NCBI GenBank assembly: GCA_028044295.1
Contig: JAOFSE010000011.1
Span: 890 to 64,889 of the forward strand
DNA length: 64,000 nt
DNA from: Sulfurimonas sp.
GTDB lineage: Bacteria; Campylobacterota; Campylobacteria; Campylobacterales; Sulfurimonadaceae
Reading direction: 5' to 3'
Positions within the stretch are counted from its first letter, which is position 1. Every line of letters starts with the position of its first letter. The position numbers and the translations under genes are program-made. Below are positions 19,057 through 30,549 of this stretch, piece by piece. The notes beneath the pieces were generated by a model. It was not told the origin of the DNA and did not search any database. It saw only the letters and a program-made list of their open reading frames with translations.

Positions 19057-19697
19057 TGAAGTTCTAATAGATATCCAGCATCAATTTTTTTAGTGGCGTA
19101 TCTATAAATACCATCAAGCTCTATAACAGTTCTATAGTATCCATCATGATTTCCTACTCTGATCTTTTTAAAAATGTATGTAGAAAGATTTTTTGTATAG
19201 CTTTTCATATCACTTTCTCTTTTAAAATCCATAACTATTCTATGAGGATTAACTAGTAGAAAATTTCTTATCACACTGTCTTTTGTAAGAACTTTCAATT
19301 TTTTACCTGAAGAGTATAACTTTATATATTTATTAGAAGCTATCTCTTTATAATTATCTTTCTTTATTCTTTGTGATATTTTTTTACTTTGTGGTTTTTC
19401 TTCTTGATTATTATAACTTTGAGATATAAATACTGGTAAATGCCAATCAACACTATTGTCTAAGTCAATACTTTTACTTTCAAGTGAACCATCTAAGTTT
19501 TTAAATTCTATAGTTACTTTTTGGATAAGTCTTGCTTGAGCTGGTAGAGATATGGTAGCTCTCTTAAGGGGGGTTTTAATATCAATTTCATTTGATGTGA
19601 ATGGCGTATCTTTTTCACCTATAGAAGCAAAAAAAGGATTTTCTCTAGCGTCTAGAGAAATAAATATAAGTAGTGATAAAAGTAAGAATCTGAGCAA
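19053..19697 (-). CDS. AMIN-domain protein
   Basis: ARENPF N-terminus; NPHRIVMDF, IRVGNHDGYYRTVIELDG. Confidence 0.8.
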   Translation of the reverse strand: MLRFLLLSLLIFISLDARENPFFASIGEKDTPFTSNEIDIKTPLKRATISLPAQARLIQKVTIEFKNLDGSLESKSIDLDNSVDWHLPVFISQSYNNQEEKPQSKKISQRIKKDNYKEIASNKYIKLYSSGKKLKVLTKDSVIRNFLLVNPHRIVMDFKRESDMKSYTKNLSTYIFKKIRVGNHDGYYRTVIELDGIYRYATKKIDAGYLLELH

Positions 19698-19750
19698 AAG
19701 TACACCTAATTTTTAAAGGTATTATAGCAAGATAATTATCATTTTAAAAA

Positions 19751-20026
19751 CTATTGTGCGGAAATCTCTTTTAACTCAAAGTACTCACGTTGTAGTTCAG
19801 CATTTTCATCTTTGAGTCTGTATATCTCATCTTTTAAATACTCTTGATAATCTTGGAGACCAAAAAGTACCTCAAGGGAGTTTGTACCATAGAGTAAAAC
19901 ACCGAGATATATTCCAGTTATCAGTACTAAAGAGACAAGAGTTAAGAACTTGAATAAAGATAGACCTAGGTATCTCTGAGTAATACTCTGAGTTTCGTCT
20001 ATATCTTCAAAAAGTTCTTCATTCAT
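19751..20026 (-). CDS. septum formation initiator (FtsB/DivIC-like)
   Basis: single TM, LLYGTNSL, C-terminal coiled coil; located after eno. Confidence 0.75.
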   Translation of the reverse strand: MNEELFEDIDETQSITQRYLGLSLFKFLTLVSLVLITGIYLGVLLYGTNSLEVLFGLQDYQEYLKDEIYRLKDENAELQREYFELKEISAQ

Positions 20027-20037
20027 AAGCTTTTCTC

Positions 20038-21306
20038 TTAGTTAAAAATTGCTGATCCTAAATACTCACCGTATACAACTTCATTCTCAATCTCTAAAAG
20101 ACGGTTATATTTAGCAGTTCTTTCACCACGAGCAGTAGAACCAGTTTTAATTTGACCACAGTTAAGTGCAACAGCAAAATCAGCTATAAAAGCATCTTCA
20201 CTCTCACCTGAACGGTGGCTCATTACACATGTATAACCATTTCTTTGAGCAAGACGAACAGTTAACATAGTCTCAGAAACTGAACCAATTTGATTTGGTT
20301 TAATAAGAATAGAGTTTGCAATACCTTCATTGATACCTCTTGCCAAAATATTAGCATTTGTAACAAAAAGATCATCTCCAACTATTTGAACTTTATCACC
20401 AAGTTTCTCAGTCATTAGTTTAAAACCATCCCAATCATCTTCATTAAGACCATCTTCTATTGACACAATTGGGTACTTAGCACATAAGTCTACATAATAA
20501 TCTACTAATTCAGCAGATGTAATCGTACGGTTTTCAGACTCTAATCTGTATCCACCGCCTTCAGCTAAAATCTCAGATGCTGCAACATCTAAAGCAATAC
20601 CAATTTGCTCACCTGGCTTATAACCAGCTTTTTCTATTGCTTCCATGATAATCTGGATAGGCTCTTCATTTGAAGATAAATCTGGTGCAAAACCACCTTC
20701 ATCTCCAAGTGCAGTATTATGCTTTTTAGCTTTTAGAATTGCTTTTAAGTTATGGTAAACTTCAGCAGATGCACGTAAACCTTCTGCGAAATCTTCAAAT
20801 CCAACGGGAACAATCATATACTCTTGAAAATCTACAGAGTTATCAGCATGTGAACCACCATTGATAATGTTTAGCATTGGAGTAGGAATAGTCATAGCAT
20901 TAGCACCACCAAGGTAACGATAAAGTGGCATACCAAGAGATTTTGCTGCAGCGCGTGCTACTGCCATAGAAACACCAAGTACTGCATTAGCACCCAAGTT
21001 ACCATAGTTTTCAGTACCATCTATCTCTTTCATAGCAGCATCAACCGTTGCTTGATTAAATGGGCTCATTCCAATAATTGCATCAGAAATTTCATTATTT
21101 ACATGTCCGACTGCTTTTAAAACACCCTTACCCATGTATCTATCGCCACCATCACGAAGTTCAAGTGCTTCACGTTTACCAGTACTCGCCCCTGAAGGTA
21201 CGATTGCACTCTCAACTGTTCCGTCACTTAATTCAACCGTTGCTTTTACAGTTGGGTTACCACGAGAATCCATTACTTCTATTGCACTAATATTATCTAT
21301 AAACAT
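20038..21306 (-). CDS. eno: enolase
   Basis: [42 protein letters not shown]. Confidence 0.99.
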   Translation of the reverse strand: MFIDNISAIEVMDSRGNPTVKATVELSDGTVESAIVPSGASTGKREALELRDGGDRYMGKGVLKAVGHVNNEISDAIIGMSPFNQATVDAAMKEIDGTENYGNLGANAVLGVSMAVARAAAKSLGMPLYRYLGGANAMTIPTPMLNIINGGSHADNSVDFQEYMIVPVGFEDFAEGLRASAEVYHNLKAILKAKKHNTALGDEGGFAPDLSSNEEPIQIIMEAIEKAGYKPGEQIGIALDVAASEILAEGGGYRLESENRTITSAELVDYYVDLCAKYPIVSIEDGLNEDDWDGFKLMTEKLGDKVQIVGDDLFVTNANILARGINEGIANSILIKPNQIGSVSETMLTVRLAQRNGYTCVMSHRSGESEDAFIADFAVALNCGQIKTGSTARGERTAKYNRLLEIENEVVYGEYLGSAIFN

Positions 21307-21387
21307 ATAATTTGCCTTTATACTACTTTAATATAGTTTTATTTTTGGCATTCTAGCTAATTTAGTGTTAAATAAGGGTTAATTTAA

Positions 21388-22428
21388 TTACTCTGTATCA
21401 GCATCTGCAATCTCAGCAGCTTCCATAACATTTACATTGCTAACACCCATTGCTGCTTTAATCTTTTGCTCTATTTCAAGTGCTAATGCAGGGTCATCTT
21501 TAAATGTTTGCTTAACATTTTCTCTACCTTGACCTAGCTTTTTATCTTCATATGAAAACCAAGCACCTGCCTTATCTACAATGTCTAGTTTAACACCATA
21601 ATCAACAAGCTCACCCTCTTTAGAAATTCCCTCACCAAACATGATATCAAATTCTGCTTGACGGAATGGCGGAGCAACTTTGTTTTTAATTACTTTTGCT
21701 TTTACACGATTACCAATTTGACTTTCACCTTGTTTAAGTGAAGCTATTCTTCTTACATCTATACGAACAGAAGCATAAAATTTAAGTGCATTACCACCAG
21801 TTGTAGTTTCTGGTGAACCATAACCCATCATCCCAATTTTCATACGAATCTGATTAATAAAAATAACAGTACAGTTCATCTTAGAAAGTACCCCCGTAAG
21901 TTTACGAAGAGCCTTAGACATAAGTCTTGCTTGTACACCTACATTTTGGTCTGACATTTCACCTTCTATCTCAGATTTTGGAGTAAGTGCAGCAACGGAA
22001 TCTACAACGATTAAATCAACTGCTCCACTTCTAGCAACAGTCTCTACAATATCTAGTGCTTGTTCACCATAATCTGGTTGTGATACTAAAAGATTCTCAA
22101 CATCAACACCAAGATTTTTAGCATAAACAACATCAAGTGCATGCTCAGCATCAATAAAAGCACATACGCCACCATTTTTTTGACACTCTGCTGTAATTTG
22201 TAGTGCTAATGTTGTTTTACCCGAACTTTCAGGACCATAAACTTCTACAACACGGCCTTGTGGTACTCCACCTATTCCAAGTGCTAGGTCAAGTCCAAGA
22301 GAACCAGTACTTATAGCTTCAATTGGTGTAATTTCTTTATCACCTAATCTCATAAGAGCACCCTTACCAAATGCCTTATCAATTTGCTTCAGTGCTAAGT
22401 CTAATGATTTTTGTTTATTTGCGTCCAT
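21388..22428 (-). CDS. recA: recombinase A
   Basis: [37 protein letters not shown]. Confidence 0.99.
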   Translation of the reverse strand: MDANKQKSLDLALKQIDKAFGKGALMRLGDKEITPIEAISTGSLGLDLALGIGGVPQGRVVEVYGPESSGKTTLALQITAECQKNGGVCAFIDAEHALDVVYAKNLGVDVENLLVSQPDYGEQALDIVETVARSGAVDLIVVDSVAALTPKSEIEGEMSDQNVGVQARLMSKALRKLTGVLSKMNCTVIFINQIRMKIGMMGYGSPETTTGGNALKFYASVRIDVRRIASLKQGESQIGNRVKAKVIKNKVAPPFRQAEFDIMFGEGISKEGELVDYGVKLDIVDKAGAWFSYEDKKLGQGRENVKQTFKDDPALALEIEQKIKAAMGVSNVNVMEAAEIADADTE

Positions 22429-22590
22429 CTTTGGCTCACTTATGTTGAATTTTCAGTATTGTATGTCAATTATATTTTTTTTATTTAAAATATGTCAAAT
22501 TGTCATATTATGTTATTAATTTATCTGCTATGGAAAATATTTATTTCCAAATTGGTGTGATTTTATCCATATTTGGTTAAAATCTCTCTT

Positions 22591-23454
22591 ATGAAAAAAA
22601 CACTAATTGCACACTCACCTGACGCCGACGATATCTTCATGTACTACGCTATTAAATTTGGCTGGGTAGACATGAAAGATACTAAGTTTGATAATATCGC
22701 TGAAGACATTCAAACACTAAATGAGAAAGCCTTAAGAGGTGAGTATGAAATTGTTGCAATTAGTTTTGCTCTTTATCCACATATAAAAGATGATTATGCG
22801 CCACTTCGTACTGCTGTTAGTTTTGGGGAAGGTTATGGCCCAAAACTTATCAAGAAAAAAGATGTTAAGTTAAAGCGTAATTTCAAAGTTGCACTGAGTG
22901 GTGAACACACTACAAATGCAATGCTATTTCGTATAGCTTACCCTGATGCACGAATTACTTACATGAATTTTCTTGAGATTGAACAGGCTGTACTAGATGG
23001 GAATGTGGATGCTGGTGTTTTAATCCATGAATCAATTTTAACTTACGATGATGAACTAGAAGTAGAACGTGAAATGTGGGATATTTGGCAAGAACTTGCA
23101 GGGACAGAGCTTCCTCTTCCTCTTGGCGGGATGGCAATAAGTCGTTCCATTCCACTTAATAAGTCTATAGAGTACGAAACAACTCTTACAAAAGCTGTTC
23201 AAGTAGCCAGAGACCATAAAAATAAACTTTCAGAAATGTTACTTGAGAGAAATTTAGTCCGTATTGATGCGCCTACACTTGATAAGTACCTAGAGCTTTA
23301 CGCAAATGATGAATCTATCACGCTTAGTGAACTTCAATATGAGGCGATAGATAAACTTTTTGAACTAGGCTATAACCATGGTTTTTATGATTCACTAGTA
23401 AAAGCCAAAGACTTTATGATACCTACAGAGTATAAAGAGTTGAGGAACTCATAA
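22591..23454 (+). CDS. mqnD: 1,4-dihydroxy-6-naphthoate synthase (futalosine pathway)
   Basis: AHSPDADDIFMY, DIQTLN, GEGYGP, GVLIHE, LPLGG. Confidence 0.9.
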   Translation: MKKTLIAHSPDADDIFMYYAIKFGWVDMKDTKFDNIAEDIQTLNEKALRGEYEIVAISFALYPHIKDDYAPLRTAVSFGEGYGPKLIKKKDVKLKRNFKVALSGEHTTNAMLFRIAYPDARITYMNFLEIEQAVLDGNVDAGVLIHESILTYDDELEVEREMWDIWQELAGTELPLPLGGMAISRSIPLNKSIEYETTLTKAVQVARDHKNKLSEMLLERNLVRIDAPTLDKYLELYANDESITLSELQYEAIDKLFELGYNHGFYDSLVKAKDFMIPTEYKELRNS

Positions 23455-23458
23455 ACTT

Positions 23459-23725
23459 ATGGAAGCAAAACTAATCTCACTTGGAATAGAAACGTTTAAA
23501 ATAGCACTTATGCTAGCTCTTCCAGGACTACTTGCCGGTATGCTTATAGGTCTTGCTGTAAGTATATTTCAAGCTACTACACAGATCAATGAGATGACTC
23601 TATCTTTTATCCCTAAAATTATTGGTGTTGTTATTGTTATCATATTAACAATGCCTTGGATGTTAAATGCTATGACTGACTTTTCATTAAATGTATTTAA
23701 TATGATTCCAACATTTGTTGAGTGA
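23459..23725 (+). CDS. fliQ: flagellar export protein FliQ
   Basis: GLAVSIFQATTQINEMTLSFIPKI. Confidence 0.97.
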   Translation: MEAKLISLGIETFKIALMLALPGLLAGMLIGLAVSIFQATTQINEMTLSFIPKIIGVVIVIILTMPWMLNAMTDFSLNVFNMIPTFVE

Positions 23726-24552
23726 TGACAACCAAGAGCATAAATTTTTCAAAATTCTCCTCTTTTAAAATTGGAGATACTATTGATGTTTTAGTTCTAG
23801 ATGATTGTAAAACAATTCCAAAAGACTACTATCTCATTGGTTCATGTAACAACGTACTCATAGGTACTCAACCTCCTACTCTTATTAAGCTAGATAAAAA
23901 ATATGATTACATAAAAGTAGAAAACAATACCCTAAAAGTTGGTGGGGCTACACCATCAGGAAAAATTGCCTCTTTTTGTAAAAAGCATGACATTGGTAAC
24001 TTTGAATTTGTATCTCACCTTCCTGGGACTCTTGGTGGATTAGTGTACATGAATGCTGGACTTAAAGAGTATGAGATATTTAACAACCTCATTAGTATTT
24101 CTACATGTAGAGGTGAATTACTCAAAGATGAGATTGAATATGGGTACAGATTTACAAACATATCTACACCTATTTTAGAAGCTACATTTACTCTTACATG
24201 TAAGTTTGATATAGATAGAGTAGAGATGTTTAAAAACATGCGTTCAAACCAACCATCAACTCCTAGTGCAGGTAGCTGTTTTAAAAATCCAAAAGGTGAT
24301 TATGCGGGTCGTCTTATAGAAGAAGTAGGTCTTAAAGGGGTTATGAAAGGTAACATGTGTTTTAGCGAAGAACACGCAAACTTTCTAGTAAATAATGGAA
24401 ATGGGAATTTCGAAGATGCTGTCTTTTTAATACAAGAAGCTCAGAGAAAAGTTTATGAAAAATTTGGTGTTTGGTTAGAGTGTGAAGTAGCTGTTTTAGA
24501 TGTTAGATATATGGGAGAGGATTCACCTCTACTAAATCCATATAATAAATAA
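23725..24552 (+). CDS. murB: UDP-N-acetylenolpyruvoylglucosamine reductase
   Basis: LPGTLGGLVYMNAG, QPSTPSAGSCFKNP, SEEHANFLVN. Confidence 0.95.
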   Translation: MTTKSINFSKFSSFKIGDTIDVLVLDDCKTIPKDYYLIGSCNNVLIGTQPPTLIKLDKKYDYIKVENNTLKVGGATPSGKIASFCKKHDIGNFEFVSHLPGTLGGLVYMNAGLKEYEIFNNLISISTCRGELLKDEIEYGYRFTNISTPILEATFTLTCKFDIDRVEMFKNMRSNQPSTPSAGSCFKNPKGDYAGRLIEEVGLKGVMKGNMCFSEEHANFLVNNGNGNFEDAVFLIQEAQRKVYEKFGVWLECEVAVLDVRYMGEDSPLLNPYNK

Positions 24553-24573
24553 ATCCTAAAGAGGATTTATTTA
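24546..24573. terminator. bidirectional terminator-like hairpin between convergent murB and nifU
   Basis: 12-bp perfect IR TAAATAAATCCT-AAAG-AGGATTTATTTA. Confidence 0.65.
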
Positions 24574-25545
24574 GATTGGTAATACTCTGATTTTATCAGA
24601 AAGTTTCTCTTTAAGAGTAGACTCAATTGCATAAAGAGTACCAGTTGATGAAGAAGCACAAGAATTACATGCACCTAAGTATCTGATATAGATATCTATA
24701 AACTCATCATTTGTTTTAATATCAACAACTTCCATGTCACCACCATCCATTACTAGGAATTGACGAACACTTTCATCTACAACAGAGTCAACTGCTTTGA
24801 TTTGTTGAACAAGAGTCATTGCTGTGAAGTCACCAGTGATACCAGCATCAGCGGCTGCTTTCATCTTCTCTTCATCCATCTCTTTACGAGTGTCAGCTAA
24901 GATATCAACTAAGTAGTAATCCATTGCTTCGTGACCACCTGGTTTGATACATGACTTACAAAAACCACCAGCTTTTGTGTAGTCAGTAATCTCTTCAACA
25001 GTTTTAAGGTCATTTAATTTGATAACTTCTTGCATAGTACTTAAACTAACACGAGCACATTCACATACAATAGTTTCAGTTTCAAAACTCTCAGCGTCAA
25101 CACCTTTGTAAAGTCCTGCAGCTTTTTTAATAACATCATAAGCCATAACTGAACAGTGCATTTTTTGCGGTGGAACAGCTGGAGTCTCTGGGTCGTCACG
25201 TAGAGCTAACTCAACATCAATATTAGTAATTTTTACAGCTTCATCAACTGTTTTACCAATACAAAGTTCAGTCATTACATCTGAAGATGCGATAGCAGTA
25301 CCACAACCAAAAGATTTAAACTTTGAGTTTATAATTTCATCATTTTTAGGGTCAATTTCCCAGTAAAGACGAACTGCATCACCACAAGACTCTGCACCAA
25401 AATCAGCAACAATTAGTTTGTTACCTCTTTCTTCTGCCTCATTTTCAAAGATTTCACCTTGATGCTGAGGGTTATTCATTAATGTTGTAACTTTATTTGA
25501 ATACGCGTCCCATAAAGACTCGCTTACCATATCTGCCTTAGCCAT
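24571..25545 (-). CDS. nifU: Fe-S scaffold NifU (three-domain)
   Basis: CGDAVRLY, FGCGTAIAS, MHCSVM, CECA...CKSC, GGDM...GACNSC. Confidence 0.96.
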   Translation of the reverse strand: MAKADMVSESLWDAYSNKVTTLMNNPQHQGEIFENEAEERGNKLIVADFGAESCGDAVRLYWEIDPKNDEIINSKFKSFGCGTAIASSDVMTELCIGKTVDEAVKITNIDVELALRDDPETPAVPPQKMHCSVMAYDVIKKAAGLYKGVDAESFETETIVCECARVSLSTMQEVIKLNDLKTVEEITDYTKAGGFCKSCIKPGGHEAMDYYLVDILADTRKEMDEEKMKAAADAGITGDFTAMTLVQQIKAVDSVVDESVRQFLVMDGGDMEVVDIKTNDEFIDIYIRYLGACNSCASSSTGTLYAIESTLKEKLSDKIRVLPI

Positions 25546-25573
25546 GTTATATCCTTTTAATAATTATTTATTT

Positions 25574-26818
<1,245 letters not shown>

Positions 26819-26820
26819 TC

Positions 26821-26835
26821 AGACAATTTTTGTCT
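26821..26835. promoter_or_regulatory. palindrome AGACAA-N3-TTGTCT upstream of nifS (candidate operator)
   Basis: perfect 6-3-6 dyad about 33 nt upstream of the nifS ATG. Confidence 0.35.
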
Positions 26836-26960
26836 TGTTTTAGTATTGACATGATAATAGCTTTGTGATTATGACTAGCTTAAGAAAATCTGTATTTATG
26901 AATGGTTTAAGGTATAATTATATTTACGAAAATAATATAGTTAATAATATAGGATTATAA

Positions 26961-27464
26961 ATGTACAATTTTACTAAACAAAATGATGATACTAAAACAC
27001 TTTTACATGTAGAGCTAACTAAGGCTGCAGAGTCTATAGGTGGGTTAAACTTTTTACTCATTCTTCTTGAGTCTATGAAAGAAAAAAAACCTAATCCTTT
27101 AATGTTTAAAGGATGTAAGATTGACTCTAAGGAAGCAGTCATAACATGGAATAAAATAGTTTTTAAGGATAAACTAGATGTTTTAGAAGACGTTATAAGA
27201 ACACATAAAGACGCTGAGTCTTATGATATAAACGTGCTAGAAGCTGATAGTGATAAAAAGAAAAAGAAAATTTTAAATATGGCAAAAGCCTTAGCGCCAA
27301 TAGAGTTTAATGTAAAACCAATCAACAAAGAAAATGGCTCTGGTTTTAGTTTTAAAATTTTCGACTCAGTGGAAAATGGAGAAGCTAAACTAAGCCCTCT
27401 TTTTGTGGCAATGTTTTTTTGCTCAACTGAGTATATTAAAAAAGCTATAAAGTATAGTGCTTAA
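26961..27464 (+). CDS. hypothetical protein, 167 aa
   Basis: ORF with AGGA SD; no motif recognised. Confidence 0.8.
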   Translation: MYNFTKQNDDTKTLLHVELTKAAESIGGLNFLLILLESMKEKKPNPLMFKGCKIDSKEAVITWNKIVFKDKLDVLEDVIRTHKDAESYDINVLEADSDKKKKKILNMAKALAPIEFNVKPINKENGSGFSFKIFDSVENGEAKLSPLFVAMFFCSTEYIKKAIKYSA

Positions 27465-28183
27465 GAGTACAACTTAACACAATTTCTACCACTATTTTTT
27501 GCTTGATAAAGAGCTTTATCAGCCTCTTCTATTACTTCACTTAAATTAGAATGATAATCTCCGTTGCTAATCCCAGCTGAGATTGTCATCTGTTCTTCTA
27601 AAGATTCAAATTTTGTATTTTCTATTATTCTTCTCATAAAGTCAACTTTATCAAAAACTTTTTGTTCAGAAATTTCTCTAAATATTATAATAAACTCTTC
27701 GCCACCATATCGAAACACTTTATCGCTTTCTCTTGTTAAATCCATTAAAATAGATGATACATCTTTTAAAATAAGATCACCAACCATATGTCCATGAGTA
27801 TCATTTATAGTTTTAAAAAAATCTAAGTCGATAAATGCAACAGAAAAACTTTTATTATCTCTATATGAAACATTAAAGTTGTCAATATAATATGACAAAT
27901 AATGTCTATTATATAATCCAGTTAAACCGTCCGTATAAGCAACTTGGTTTATTTCTACAACATCTGTCTTTCTCTTCTTGTATAAAAAGTAGCAAATAAA
28001 ACCAAAAATCATGATTGATAAAACTGAAAAGAGTATCTCTTGATAAAGAAAGTATTTTATATCTAAACCAGACTTCATGCTTTCATGTGCAATAAAAACT
28101 CTTATACATGAGAGAATAATCAAGACTATTAGGCTAATAGTTATAGTTTTTAATACAACTTTAGCTTTATAGTCTTTTACCAT
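27461..28183 (-). CDS. membrane-anchored diguanylate cyclase
   Basis: two TMs; DGLTGLYNR, DLDFFKTINDTHGH, RESD I-site, RYGGEEF. Confidence 0.93.
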   Translation of the reverse strand: MVKDYKAKVVLKTITISLIVLIILSCIRVFIAHESMKSGLDIKYFLYQEILFSVLSIMIFGFICYFLYKKRKTDVVEINQVAYTDGLTGLYNRHYLSYYIDNFNVSYRDNKSFSVAFIDLDFFKTINDTHGHMVGDLILKDVSSILMDLTRESDKVFRYGGEEFIIIFREISEQKVFDKVDFMRRIIENTKFESLEEQMTISAGISNGDYHSNLSEVIEEADKALYQAKNSGRNCVKLYS

Positions 28184-28184
28184 T

Positions 28185-29030
28185 TTAGATATCTCGATTT
28201 TCTACAATTAAATTATGTGCTTGAAAGACTTTAAACTCTCCATCATCCACTTTAGATAAAATTTCACTAGGTGATACACCAAGAAATTTTTTAAAAACCG
28301 AATTCATATGTGAGCTATCACTATAGAGGTAAGGAAGTTCTCCTAATGTTTTCTTTTCATTAATATACTCCACTAATGTCCTACAAAACTTTGACACATA
28401 TATAAATTGCTTAGGTGTAAGACCTATCATCCTTTTAAAATGTCTCTCTAATGTACTTCTACTGTAATTAAACTCATTCAAAAGATCCTCTACATTAATT
28501 TCTAAATGATAATCACTAGCTATTCTATTAATGACGTTTTCTAAAGGAAAATGCGAATGATTATGAGAATATTCAAGCTTTCGAAGAGACTTATCTAAAT
28601 ATTTTATATCTTCTTCTATATTTGAATGAGCATAAAGATCCGAAAAATATGTATTAACTATTTCTTCGTCTATCTCTTTATATTGATAATCTACTAAAGA
28701 TAAGTCTTGATTAAATAATTTAAATAAGCCTAGAGGCAAAAGTTCTACTATAACCATGGGGAAACTATCAATCTTATTTTTGTATTTAGCGTCAAAAATA
28801 TATTTTACTTTATTAGTTTTAAAGCCTACAGAGTAACTACTTGGTATGTCATAAACATCATCTTCCGTATACAACTTAACATTTATGTCAGTTCCTCTAT
28901 TAAAAATCATGAAGTTACCACCATCTGGCAAAAAAATCATTTTATGTATATCATCTAATGATTTGAGTACGATAAAAATTTTTACAATGCCCTCTAAGCC
29001 TCTAGTTGGTTTAAATACCTCTATATCCAT
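28185..29030 (-). CDS. AraC-family transcriptional regulator
   Basis: PDGG N-terminal motif; SRSTLERHFKRMIGLTPKQF and YSDSSHMNSVFKKFLGVSP HTHs. Confidence 0.85.
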   Translation of the reverse strand: MDIEVFKPTRGLEGIVKIFIVLKSLDDIHKMIFLPDGGNFMIFNRGTDINVKLYTEDDVYDIPSSYSVGFKTNKVKYIFDAKYKNKIDSFPMVIVELLPLGLFKLFNQDLSLVDYQYKEIDEEIVNTYFSDLYAHSNIEEDIKYLDKSLRKLEYSHNHSHFPLENVINRIASDYHLEINVEDLLNEFNYSRSTLERHFKRMIGLTPKQFIYVSKFCRTLVEYINEKKTLGELPYLYSDSSHMNSVFKKFLGVSPSEILSKVDDGEFKVFQAHNLIVENRDI

Positions 29031-29208
29031 ATATCCCAATTCTTTATTATTATTTTTTGTTAATTTATTCTAACAAAAAACACATAGATTCTACTTGTAT
29101 TTAATCGTCAATACTCTTAGAAATGCACATGTAAAAAATAAATCTACATTAATTTTAAAACTTAAATGGTATAATCGCACCATTATATTAGATACTAAAA
29201 GGTTTATT

Positions 29209-30468
29209 ATGGCTCAAACAATAACTGAAAAAATATTCTCAGAGCACGTTGGCAAAGAGGTTTTTGCAGGTGAAATTATCCGCTCAAATATTGATATGGT
29301 TATAGGAAATGACATTACAACTCCTATCTCTATTTCTGCTTTTAATCTTAGTGGTGCAACAAAACTTGCAAATCCAGATGGATTTTCTATAGTACTTGAC
29401 CACTTCATTCCAGCTAAAGATATTGCATCTGCGAATCAAGCAAAAATATCTCGTGAATTTGCAAAAAAACATAACATGAAAAACTTTTTTGATGAAAAAG
29501 ACATGGGAATAGAGCACGCTCTTTTACCAGAAAAAGGTCTTATTGTTCCTGGTGATGTTATCATCGGTGCAGATTCTCATACATGTACTCATGGTGCTCT
29601 TGGAGCATTCTCAACTGGTATGGGTTCAACGGACCTTGCTTTTGCAATGATAACTGGTGGTAACTGGTTTAAAGTTCCTGAGTCTATCAAAGTAGTTCTA
29701 AGTGGAAAACCAGGTAAATATACAACTGGTAAAGATATTATCTTAGAAATCATTCGCCTAATTGGTGTTGATGGTGCACTTTACAAAGCTTTAGAGTTCA
29801 CAGGTAGTACTATTGCTCATTTAACAATGGATGATAGATTTTCTATGTGTAACATGGCTATCGAGGCTGGTGCAAAAAATGGAATTGTTGCATATGATGA
29901 TGTTACTAAAGAATTCCTTTCTGACAAAGATTTAGCACGTGAACCTAAGATTCACTACTCAGATGAAGATGCTGAGTATGCACAAATTTTAGAGATAGAT
30001 GTAGCTAACCTTGACCCTGTTATTGCTTACCCATTCTTACCATCAAATGGCCACTCTGTAAATCAAGCTGTAAAAGATCATATTAAAGTAGATCAAGCGT
30101 TTATAGGAAGTTGTACAAATGGTAGACTGAGTGATTTAAAAACTGCTGCTGAGATTTTAGATGGTAAAAAAGTTCATGAGGACGTTCGTCTAATTGTAAC
30201 TCCAGGTACTCAAAAAATTCTAAAAGAGGCATATAGACTTGGATATATGGATATCATCATCGATGCTGGTGGTGTTGTGAGTAACCCTACATGTGGCGCT
30301 TGTCTTGGTGGATATATGGGAATACTTGGTGACAATGAAGTTGCAATCTCTACTACAAACCGTAACTTTGTAGGACGTATGGGTTCAAGGTCTTCTGAAG
30401 TTTACTTAGCAAACTCAGCTGTTGCTGCCATATCTGCTCTAACAGGCTATATTACAGACCCAAGATAA
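29209..30468 (+). CDS. leuC: 3-isopropylmalate dehydratase large subunit (short, homoaconitase-like type)
   Basis: GADSHTCTHG, FIGSCTNGR, PTCGACLG, STTNRNF; real start MAQTITEK at 29209. Confidence 0.92.
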   Translation: MAQTITEKIFSEHVGKEVFAGEIIRSNIDMVIGNDITTPISISAFNLSGATKLANPDGFSIVLDHFIPAKDIASANQAKISREFAKKHNMKNFFDEKDMGIEHALLPEKGLIVPGDVIIGADSHTCTHGALGAFSTGMGSTDLAFAMITGGNWFKVPESIKVVLSGKPGKYTTGKDIILEIIRLIGVDGALYKALEFTGSTIAHLTMDDRFSMCNMAIEAGAKNGIVAYDDVTKEFLSDKDLAREPKIHYSDEDAEYAQILEIDVANLDPVIAYPFLPSNGHSVNQAVKDHIKVDQAFIGSCTNGRLSDLKTAAEILDGKKVHEDVRLIVTPGTQKILKEAYRLGYMDIIIDAGGVVSNPTCGACLGGYMGILGDNEVAISTTNRNFVGRMGSRSSEVYLANSAVAAISALTGYITDPR

Positions 30469-30481
30469 TGATATACTAATC

Positions 30482-30515
30482 TCTATTCTTACTCTTAATT
30501 TAAGATAAGAATAGA
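30482..30515 (+). terminator. hairpin after leuC
   Basis: TCTATTCTTA (30482-30491) / TAAGAATAGA (30506-30515) with further inner pairing. Confidence 0.5.
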
Positions 30516-30549
30516 TAGACTCTCTTCAAACATAAGAATAAGGAATAGC

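Noticed and set aside
19568-19573. G6 run in the AMIN gene as a phase-variable tract
   Set aside because: Too short compared with typical Campylobacter poly-G tracts (about 8 or more), and the gene is in frame.
23459-23725. fliQ as part of a flagellar or type III secretion island
   Set aside because: Isolated between mqnD and murB; dispersed flagellar genes are normal in this phylum.
29095-29208. N-terminal extensions in the ORF track (leuC from 29095; also 3987, 22573, 44522, 57205)
   Set aside because: Downstream ATGs give family-typical N-termini, most with a recognisable SD.
30287-30296. CTACATGTGG in leuC as independent support for the palindrome signal
   Set aside because: It encodes part of the conserved PTCGAC cluster-binding motif, so protein constraint can explain it; listed among near-matches but given little weight.
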